Shown in pieces: positions 19,272 through 29,600 of a stretch of DNA of 38,194 nucleotides. The stretch is from a virus (Duplodnaviria > Heunggongvirae > Uroviricota > Caudoviricetes > Crassvirales). The position numbers were made by a program, and so were the translations under genes. The number at the start of each line of letters is the position of its first letter. Position 1 is the stretch's first letter. The notes under the pieces are model-generated. The model had not been told where the DNA came from and did not search any database. It saw only the letters and a program-made list of their open reading frames with translations. The DNA is taken from the IMG/VR virus record IMGVR_UViG_3300040771_000130, positions 1 through 38,194 of that record; one strand, 5' to 3'.

Positions 19272-22200
19272 ATGAGTAAAGAATGTGGATTTATAGTAAA
19301 CGGTCAAAAATCACCGTTATATAATAAAATACTAGAAGGTTATAATGGAAATGAAGAGTTATCAATAATTCTTCATTCCCGTTTAAAAAGTGATGAACAA
19401 TTTATAAACGATTTTGGTGATTGGGTAAATGACTACGGTAAAGAACCTTCACAACAATCTGTAAATTATGAATATCAACCTGGTATTTTAAGAGTTGAAG
19501 AAAATGGTGAACCTAAACTTTTTAAAAATGAAAAGAATGGTAATTACTATTACATAGACAAAGATTTAAACAAAGTTGAAATTATTGAAAATCAAACGTC
19601 TTTAAGTTCGTTATTTGATAATTCACAAATTGAGAGACTTACTGATGTTTTAGTTTATGATTTTTTTAAAAATAATTTAAATATTAATTTTGAAGAAATA
19701 GATTTAACTGGTAATTATACTTCAATTAGAGATCGTATTACTATTAAATTAAATGAAAGAATTAATACGTTTAATAAAAGTGGTAATGAAAATTTTGAAG
19801 TGACTGCAGAGTTGTTGGAAATTGCATTAGAAGAAAATTTAGATGAGTTAGTTAAAAATGTAACTAATGCTTTAGAATCGTATAAAATTAAATCTTCTAA
19901 AGCTTTTAACGATAATGATGAAGATACTGATTTAGCTGATACTGAAGATAATGAAAATTCTAGAGATGTTAGTTTTGGTAAAGCATCTTTTGAAATGTCA
20001 ACTAAAGGTAATGTTTCAGCAAATGTTAAACTAAGATTATCATTAATTACAAATACATCATTTAAAGACACTTTTTTAAATGATAGTACATATCTAACTT
20101 TTGATGAAGTTTATGCTTCTTTACTACCTTATTTGACTAATCAAGTATCTGTTATTAAAGATGATAAACAAGAAGATAAGTTTGAAATTTATAAATCTAT
20201 AATTTTACAACTTCAAAATAAAAAACCTTATTTTGCAGAACTTTATCAATTGTTAAGTCAACCTACAATATCTGAAAATATTAAAAATGAATTTGTTCAA
20301 GCTTTTAGTTTAGACATAAACAACTTTAATACTTCAGAATACAGTTTTGAAGAATCTAAAGATGAAAAAACTTGGACTAAGTTAGAAGATGGTAAAATAG
20401 TTAAACCATTTGTTAAAAGCTTTAAAACTATGAATATCTCTGAAACTGGTAAAAAAGAGACAGATGTATTTAATGAATGGAATAAAAATTTTAAAGAAAA
20501 GTTTGTAACTGAAGGTAAACAAGGTTTATTAATATCACAGGAAAATAAAGATAAACTATCTTTAGTAAAATCAAATTTAAATAAATTAAAGTATTCAGAA
20601 CCTGATGTAGTTAATAAAATAATTACAGAATTAAGAAACTTGGGTATTGAAACTACTATTAAAGGTTTTAATCACTTTTTAGATGACTTTAAGTTAATTA
20701 ATAACGATAATGAAATATCTAATAAAAAGTTTAATAAATTAATATCTGATTTAAATTATTTAGTAGATAGAATTAATACTAATGTAAATAAGAATTTTAA
20801 TAGTATATTATCAGATCAACCTATAACTAAACAATTAGCTAAAGCCGAATCTTTTTACATATCAGAAGGTTCTGATGCGTCTGTATTTACAGCAGGTAAA
20901 CAAAAGTGGGTTTATTCATATCCGTCATATTTATCTAATACTATTAAATCTTGGAAAAAAGATAGAAATATTTTATCAAAACATTATGAAATATCTAAAT
21001 ACAATTTAGGTTCAGATTGGATGCAATATTTACTAGCGTTAGGTGACACATATCAAGTTGATGAATTTGAAAGTGATGACGTTCAAGAAGCTTTAAGAAT
21101 TGAAGAATCCAAAAAACGTATAGACGCTTTGGATTTATATACATTTAATACTTATCAATTGGAAGGTGATTCTAGAAATGGTAAAGACGGTAAAACAATT
21201 TCTAAAGAAGAATATATTTCTGATACAATTAATAAAGTATTAGGTTTTACTAAAAATGTTCAATCATACTACAGAACTACTACTCCTGCGGATAAAGGTA
21301 CACAATACGAAATAGCAATTGGTAGAAGCATTACAACTAACGCTAGATATGGTGACGGTAACCGTGATATTGTAATTGATGACAAAGCTGTAGATATTGT
21401 ATTTAAATATTTTGATGCTGAATATCAACGTATGAAATTTGAACGTGAGTTTAAAAATGATGCTAAAAATGCAGATAAATTAAGAGTTTATTATCATTTA
21501 GGTGCGGGTCACGCTTTTAAATCACAATTGTTTCCAGCATTAAATTATGATAAAATTAAGGATACTTTAAAAGATTCAAATTTAGATTTTAAAGATATTT
21601 ATAATGAAAAAGGTGAAGCATATTTAAGTACTCTTAGAAATTCAATATTTGAAGATGCTATTAAAACTTACATTGTAAATGAACTATCTAATGGTATTCA
21701 AGAAACTCTAGATAATTTAATTAAGACTAAAATATTTGAAGAAAATAGCGATGGAATTGCAAATAGAGAATTAGATAATGATATATGGAATTCTTATGGT
21801 ACAAATAATGCTTTAAAAGCCTCTGCAGATTTTTATATTAATTCTTTAATATCACATGTTGAATATTCTAAAATGTTTTCAGGTGATATTGCTTACTATA
21901 AAAATGCAGTAGATTATAAAAAACGTGTACCAGCAACATACACTGATGGTTTATATCAAAGACTTGATGAAGAAAATAAAGATGTAAATATCGCAGTAAT
22001 TGAAAGTGTTGAAATAAATGAACCATTTTTACCTGAATTAACAGAATTGTTAGGTGAAGACCTAGCTAATAAATATATTAGTGTAAATGCTGCAGATGCT
22101 CAGGCTTGGATTACACCTGCTAGATGGAAAATTCTAATGTCATCTATTGGAAAATGGAATGATACTTACGAATCAGCTTATCAAAAATTAATTGGTGAAA

Positions 22201-23375
22201 ATACTGAACCATTTACAGAAAAAGAATTAAAAGCTGTTGCACCACCTGTAAAAGGAGTTTATTTTCAAACAATAGATGGTGTACCAACATTTCTTAAATA
22301 TTCACAAGCTGTATTAAGTCCTAGATTACGTAAAGGTAATAATCTTGAAAAGATTTATAATAAGATGGTTGCTCAAAATATTGATGAGTTAGTTACGTTT
22401 GACGCAATTAAAGTAGGTTCTAACAAACCGACTAAAATTCACGATGATAATGGTCAACTTTTAGATAATTTTGAATTTACACCGTTTACAATACCTTCTA
22501 GTGGTTGGAAATTACAACAAGATTTACCTGTTAAATTAATGCACGATACTGATGTGGGTTCTCAAATTCAGAAAAACATATTTCAAGGTTTAGCATTTAA
22601 TTTAGATAAAATGTTTGATTTAGATAATAGTGAAGTTGAGGGTAATCAAATAGTAGAAAATATTGCTAACACAATTGGTGAATTATCTAATAGAGGTTAT
22701 GAATCATTATTAAAAGAATTTAATATTGCACCTAACGGAACTATTACAAATGTTGAAGGATTTTATAATTCTATTATTGCAGAATTAAAATCAACAGGTG
22801 GTTCTCAAAATGTAATTGATGCTTTAGAATCAGAAATGAGTATCTACGGTGTTGCTCAAGCTAAAGAAAAACTTGAAAACATATTTAGTTCTATATTTAC
22901 TAAAAGAATGCTTAAAATCAAAACTAATGGTGGTTCATTTATTCAAATGAGTAACTTTGGTTTTAATAAAGATGAAGCTAACGAGCAAAATGTAATTTGG
23001 AATCCTAGGTCATTAAAAACTACACATCCACCACAATTCCTTAAAGATGAAAACGGTGAGTTTGTATTATCTGAAAATGGTAAAAAAATTATTAGACCTG
23101 GTGGTATATTAATATCAGGTAGTTTTATTGCTAAATATATTCCAGATTATGCTACTAAATATACACCAGAACAATTATTTGGTTATACTGATGAAAATGG
23201 TAAATTTATAGAAGGGGTTATTGATAGAAAGATTCTTGAAAATATTATTGGATATAGAATTCCTAATCAAGGTTTGTCATCTAATGATGCTTTAGAAATA
23301 GTAGGTATTCTTCCTGAAGAAAATGGAGATACTGTTGTAGCTTATACAGGTATTACTACTAAAACTGGCTCTGAT
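19272..23375 (+). CDS. Virion-packaged DNA-dependent RNA polymerase (phi14:2 gp66-like), exon 1
   Basis: Motifs NAADAQ, GYRIPNQG and TKTGSD. Splicing to 24336 restores GSD-FDIDK, the DxDxD catalytic motif, giving 2136 aa in total. Confidence 0.9.
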
Positions 23376-24335
23376 AAAATATCACTGTTTGAGCCAGTAT
23401 AAAAAATAAAAATATTGTTAATTGCTGGAAACTCCTAAAGCTTTGTAAACTACAACGTAATTTGAAAAAATAAACGTGAATGTTAAAAATTACAAAGATG
23501 GCGAATGGACAATCAGCAGCCGAGTTCCTTTAAAATGGAAAGGGTTCAACGACTAATACTTAACTTAAAGATTCCTATATGGATATCACAATCATACAAT
23601 GAAAACAAAATTTAACAAAGAATCAAGAAATTTGATTATTGGAATGTTATTAGGAGACGGAACAATTTCTAATAATTACGTGTTTAAACTTTCACACGGA
23701 TACAAACAAAAAGAATATTTAGAATGGAAAATAAACCTTCTAAATAAATATGGAATAAAAAATAACGGTTTGAAAGAATATATTTCAACTTGTGGTTATA
23801 ATTTAGGTTCTATAGTTTATTATAGTCAAATGAGTGTTATACCATTTATGAAAGTTCTTAGAAGAGTTATTTATAAACCTATTAAAAATTACGCTAATCG
23901 TAAAATCTTAAATAGATTAAATCCTTTAGGTATTGCGATTTGGTATATGGATGATGGTCATATTAATATTAGAAAAACTGATGATAAAATTCACGGTTTC
24001 TATATTAAAATAGCTACTTGTTTATATAAAGAACAAAATCAAGTTATTATAGATTACTTTAAAGAAGTTTGGGATATATCTTTTTATCAATTTAAAGAAG
24101 GTAAGCCTGGAAAAAATACTTATTCGCTTTGTTGTGGTACACAAGAAGGTGTTAAGTTTATAGAATTAATTAAACCTTATGTAGAATCTTGTCCGTCGAT
24201 GATATATAAAATTCAGTATGATTTAAGTCAACGTAAAAATTGCGTTGCGTAGAGATTAAAATCTCGAAACACAATACACTAGAAATAGTGAAGATATAGT
24301 CTGATCTCATATGAAAGTATGAGTTAACACAAATG
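23376..24335 (+). mobile_element. Group I intron (960 nt) in the RNAP catalytic motif
   Basis: P1 helix ACTGGCTC(23364-71)/GAGCCAGT(23391-98), with U23375-G23387 wobble in the same register. P10 AATATCA(23378-84)/TGATATT(24338-44). Core elements: P AATTGCTGGAA (23420-30), Q AATCAGCAGC (23511-20), R GTTCAACGACTAA (23544-56), S AAGATATAGTCT (24291-302). P9 is CTCATAT-GAAA-GTATGAG. The terminal G is at 24335. Confidence 0.92.
23599..24252 (+). CDS. Intron-encoded LAGLIDADG homing endonuclease (two-motif, LAGLIDADG_2-like)
   Basis: Motifs IIGMLLGDG and IAIWYMDDG. The ORF lies between the intron R and S elements. Confidence 0.9.
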   Translation: MKTKFNKESRNLIIGMLLGDGTISNNYVFKLSHGYKQKEYLEWKINLLNKYGIKNNGLKEYISTCGYNLGSIVYYSQMSVIPFMKVLRRVIYKPIKNYANRKILNRLNPLGIAIWYMDDGHINIRKTDDKIHGFYIKIATCLYKEQNQVIIDYFKEVWDISFYQFKEGKPGKNTYSLCCGTQEGVKFIELIKPYVESCPSMIYKIQYDLSQRKNCVA

Positions 24336-26642
24336 TTTGATATTGATAAAATGTACATGATGTTTGCATCATACAGATTAGAAAATGATAAATTAATATA
24401 TGAAACTTTTGATAATTCTAAACCTGAATCAGAACAATCTGAGGAAGCTTTACAAAATAGATTAGTAGAATTATATAAATCTGTTTTAATTAACGAAAAT
24501 GTTATTGGTGAAGTAATGACACCTGTAGATTTTACACACGTTAAAGATGATATAATGCATTTTGGTGATAAAACATCTAGTGGTAATTTATCTACATTTG
24601 ATCCATTAAAAGATATTGATACTAAATACGATTTCTTATCAGGTAAAGCAGGTGTAGGTCAACAAGCTAATTCATTAATGGATTATGTGTTAGGTAGTAT
24701 GGGTAATTTAAGTATTACTAATTTTAATGTACCTAAAAGTAATTTAAGATTTGATCAAGAATATTCTGCAAAATTATCTAATGAAGATTTAGAATATTAT
24801 GCTAAACAATTAGATTTAAATCCTAATGAAGTTAAACAATTAGAATTTATTAAAATTGGACATTCTTTATCTGCAATTCTTAACGCATTTGTGGACATCG
24901 CTAAAGATCCATACATTACTAGAGGTAATTGGGTTACAATGACAACTAATACAGGTAATTTATTATTACGTAAAGGTGTACATCCATTTTATGTAAATGC
25001 TTTTTTAGCACAACCTATTATTAAAGAATATGTAGCATTTTCATCACAATATGAAGTTTCTGCGGGTCAAAGTTTAAGTACTGCTGATGAATTTATTAAA
25101 CAAAGATTTGGTAAAGACGTTTATGAAAATAGAAATAATTCTAATATATTTAATGAAAGTTTACAAACATTAAGAAGTGCTAAATTTTTAAGTAATACAT
25201 CTTCACAAATGAATGTATTTGCTACTTTTTTACAATACCAAGCTGCATCTAAAGCGATGAAAAAGAATATTGATGCTTCTAAATTTATGGTGAATGGTGT
25301 TGGAGGTAGTGTAAATTCATTAATAATTTCTAAAAATGCTGTAGATTCTATATTAGATGAAGAAGATAAATACAATCAATTAGAAGATAAAACAGAGTTT
25401 AAGAAAAATATTATATTAGGTTTTAAATCTAAATTTACAAACCCTAATGGTTCTGAAAGTATGTTTAGTAAATATTATAACAATGTTATTTTAAAATCTG
25501 AACAAATTGTCAAAAGTAACCCTAAATTATTTTTTACAGGAAACAGTGTTATTCAAGAAACCTTTAATGAAATTTCAACTGATGTGAATAATGAACTATT
25601 ATTAGATAATGATTTTGGTAAAGATTTAAACAGAATGTTTTATAGTTATGTTATGTCAGGATTTAATTCTTTAAACATGTCTAGTGTTGAAAGAAAAGAA
25701 TTGACTTTAAAATTTAGTAATGAATTTGAGGCTTTTAAATTAGCAAATAAAGGTAAATATGCTATTATTGACGAACTTAATGTAAAACAAGGTGATAGTT
25801 TAGAATTTATAGGTTTAAATAATAGAAAGAAATCTAAAGATTACGAAAGAAAGTTAACTAAATCATTTTTAGATTTGTTAAATAATGAAGAAGATTTTAC
25901 TAACAAACTTATTAAATATTCTTATTTAACATCTGGATTTAATAATCACACTAGTCAATTTTTTACTATGATACCTACACAATGGTTTAATAGAAATAAT
26001 ATTAACAGATATATTATTGACAAGTCTAAAGAATATGATAAATTAAATTTAGAAAATGATGATAACTTTATTGATCAATTTTATTTATCTAACTTAGAAA
26101 ATACTAAATTTGTTAGACCTATTTCTCAAAAACAGGTATTACCAAAATCTGGAAGTCTTGAAGGATTTGTAATAAAAAATCCTGGTAAAGTAGGTTATTT
26201 TAGAGTTGGTAAAGATCCACAAGGTATTAATCCTGATACATATTATAAACTTATTGGATATAATAAAGATTATCAAGGTATTTATACTAGATTTATTTAC
26301 AACATTAATGATGAACTAACTCAAATTAAACCACTTAATGTTAAAGATAAAAAAGGTAATAGAATTATTAATTATGATGTAAACGGTATTAACCTTAAAC
26401 CATTAACTGAAACAGCACCTAAACTTGTTGAAAGCATTAATAAAGTTAAATTAGCTAATTTATATTCTAATGTAGTTTATAACAGAAATGTGTTTTACAG
26501 AGAAAACGTTATTATTAAAAAAGAAGATGATGTTAAGATTATAGAGACACCTAAAGAAATTACAACTGAAACTAAACTTATTGTTGAAGAAAATAATGAT
26601 TGGACTAAAGAAGATAATAATGATACTTGTGTACCATTTTAA
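24336..26642 (+). CDS. Virion RNA polymerase, exon 2
   Basis: Begins FDIDKMY and contains 'LNAFVDIAKDPYI'. It is in frame with exon 1 after splicing. Confidence 0.9.
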   Translation, partial: FDIDKMYMMFASYRLENDKLIYETFDNSKPESEQSEEALQNRLVELYKSVLINENVIGEVMTPVDFTHVKDDIMHFGDKTSSGNLSTFDPLKDIDTKYDFLSGKAGVGQQANSLMDYVLGSMGNLSITNFNVPKSNLRFDQEYSAKLSNEDLEYYAKQLDLNPNEVKQLEFIKIGHSLSAILNAFVDIAKDPYITRGNWVTMTTNTGNLLLRKGVHPFYVNAFLAQPIIKEYVAFSSQYEVSAGQSLSTADEFIKQRFGKDVYENRNNSNIFNESLQTLRSAKFLSNTSSQMNVFATFLQYQAASKAMKKNIDASKFMVNGVGGSVNSLIISKNAVDSILDEEDKYNQLEDKTEFKKNIILGFKSKFTNPNGSESMFSKYYNNVILKSEQIVKSNPKLFFTGNSVIQETFNEISTDVNNELLLDNDFGKDLNRMFYSYVMSGFNSLNMSSVERKELTLKFSNEFEAFKLANKGKYAIIDELNVKQGDSLEFIGLNNRKKSKDYERKLTKSFLDLLNNEEDFTNKLIKYSYLTSGFNNHTSQFFTMIPTQWFNRNNINRYIIDKSKEYDKLNLENDDNFIDQFYLSNLENTKFVRPISQKQVLPKSGSLEGFVIKNPGKVGYFRVGKDPQGINPDTYYKLIGYNKDYQGIYTRFIYNINDELTQIKPLNVKDKKGNRIINYDVNGINLKPLTETAPKLVESINKVKLANLYSNVVYNRNVFYRENVIIKKEDDVKIIETPKEITTETKLIVEENNDWTKEDNNDTCVPF

Positions 26643-26651
26643 TAAAAAAAT

Positions 26652-29600
26652 ATGAATTGTAAAGATAAAAAGAAATTTAAAACTGCTGAAGCATCAAGTA
26701 AAGCCTCCTTACGTACTAAGGGGGCTATCGATGCTTTTTTAAACATATTAGATGTTAATAAGTTTAATAAACTTAATAAAGAATGGACTGTAGATGCTGT
26801 AAAAAGATTTGATATTACAGGTAAATTGTTTTATAATGAAAACGATAAAGCTGTTGCTAATAAGGAAGCTTTTAAACAAATAGATAACGCTAAAGGTGTT
26901 AATTATTCTATAAATGAAAATAAGAGTATTTCAAATTCAATTTTTGAAAGTGATAATAAACAAATAATTAAAAGTTTACAAAAATTTGCAAAAGATAAAA
27001 AAGTAAATTTAAATTTTGTTGATTTTAAGGATGAAAAAGGGTTTACAACTTATGGTAGTTATGATAAGAAAACAAACTCTGTAAATTTAAATGAAAACAA
27101 TATAGATTCTTCTACATTTTTACATGAAATATCACATCCATTTGTTACTTATTTAAATTCAAAAAATCCTGAATTATTTAATAAAGTTTATAAAGAAGCT
27201 AAAAAGTTATATCCTGAAATAAGTTCATTTTTAGATATTGAAGCTTACTCAAACATGCCAGAATCTTGGAAACAAGAAGAGTATATTGTTAGAGCAATTG
27301 AAAAAGAATATAAAATTAAAGATTTAAAAGTAAGACGTTCAATATTAAATAAATTTTTAGATTTTATTAAAGAACTGTTTGGTATTGAAAATAATATTAA
27401 AATATCTGAAGATGCTACAATTAAAGATTTATATCAAATAATTCTTTCTAATAATGTAGTAAAGTTAGATGTTAAAATGACAGATAATATTGCACGAAGA
27501 GAACTTGAAAATATTGAAAATTATTTTGATATTAAAATTAGTAATACAAATGAAAAATTATTAGCATTAAGAGGTAAGTTATCTAATTTTAAAGATAATG
27601 TTAAAATTGGAGATTTTCAAATTGATAACAGTGTTCTTGAAGAAGTTGGACCTTTAGAATATGAAGTAACTAAAGAAATTTACGATAATCAGTTATTTAA
27701 TATTACAGACGCTATTGATAATTTAGAAACTCAAATTGAAGCTTTAGAATCATTAAAAAAGCAGAATCAAATTCAAATTAGAAAAAATATAAAAGGTTAT
27801 TATAATATTAAACCTGAAATTGATAGAGTAAATTTTAACGATCTTATAGGGTCTAAAAAAAACGAAGTTACTTCTAATGAATCACAAGAAAATAGTGAAA
27901 CTAATTCTAATTTAGATACAAATCAAACAATGTTGTTTGGTACTAAATCATTAAAAGATTCTTTTACATCAACTGAAGTATTACAAAACATTATAAATTC
28001 TAATTTAGATTTATCTGCATCAACTATTAATTTAATTGACAAAGCTACGAAACTTTTAAGAAATTCTAAAACCAGAGTTAAAGTAATTAGTCAAGAACAA
28101 TTTGATAAAATGACTACAAATTCTGAAGGTGAAGGCACTGCAGTAATGGCTTACAATTACGATTTAGGAAGTGTTATTTATATGCCAGAAAGTACATTAA
28201 GTAATTTTTCAAATCTAGATATTGTTAGTTCATTTTTACACGAAGTTGCTCACGAATTAAGTTTAAAAGCTATTTTAAATCCTGAAACAATGTCTGAAAT
28301 AGCATTTAACGAGTTTATTACAAAAGCTTTTGAGCAATACAAATATTTAGGTAAAGGTTTAAACAATAGTAATAGTTATGGTTTTACAAATATTCAAGAA
28401 TTTGTAGCTGAATTATATTCTAATGATAAGTTTCAAAATGAAATTAAAAGTTTAGATAAGAATTTCTGGCAACGATTTATATCTGAACTTAGAAGATTGT
28501 TAGGTTTACCAAAGTCTTTAAGAAACGATAATTTAATTGACAGTATATTATTAATAGAAAAGGTTAATGATTTTATAAATGAAAATGACTCTCAACTTGA
28601 AAATTATAAATTAGCGGGTTTAAAAAGTAGTAGAATTTTAGCAAAACGTATTGAAGATGATTCTCAATATAGTAGTTTAGAATCTAAAATTGATAACTTT
28701 ATTGCTAAAGCTAAAAAAGCTATGCAATCCATTCAAGAACGTACTATTAAATCTAATAGAAAAAAGTCTACTGAATCTAAAGAAGAAAACATTAGACGTA
28801 ATAAAGAACTGTTAGATACTTTAACTAAGTATGAAACTTCTCAAAAATGGAAAGCTGTTGTGGGTTATACACAATCTTTTAATAATACAATTAATCAAGT
28901 AAATGACTTATTAGATAAACTTTTAAATACTAAAAATATTTATGAAGATCAATTAGAAAGTACTATTAAACGTTATAAAGATTATCTATCTGCATATGAT
29001 TTACTTCCTGAAATTAAAGAGTTAATGAGTCAAGCAGATTTAAAATTGTTTGAATTAACTGATGAAGAAAAAGAAGATTATCAACAGTTAAAAGATTTTT
29101 TATCTAAAGCTAAAGAAAAACATGATGCTATTGAAAGTAAATTTTTAGCAATTAGTAAAGCTCAGGTATTACAAGATTTTAGTAATCCATTATTCAATAC
29201 AGAAGTTGAAACTAAACAACGTGAATTTCTAATTAGAGAATACAATAGTTTATCTGATAAAGGTGGTTTAAGTGTAGAACAATATGTTTCTAAAATGTTA
29301 ACTACTAGAGATAAAGATGATTATGAAGTGGATTTAAAAGCATCTGCTGAAAAAATTCTTAATGATCCATCACAAGATATTAGTGGATTTTCTGCTAAAT
29401 TAGACGACCAGTTAAATACTAAAAGTAAACTTATTCAAGTTGTTAACCAAATGTTAGGTGCATCATTTGACGCTGTTAAAACATTAACAGTTACTAAAAT
29501 TAAAGAAATGTCTAAAACTTTTGAAAAATTTATTAAAGAAAAAGGTAATGTTAAATTATCTGTACTTAATAAAAATTTAATTGAAAAAGATAGTGAAGGT

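Noticed and set aside
19272-26642. RNAP encoded as two separate subunits, or a frameshifted pseudogene
   Set aside because: A full group I intron structure and exact in-frame restoration of GSDFDIDK explain the split.
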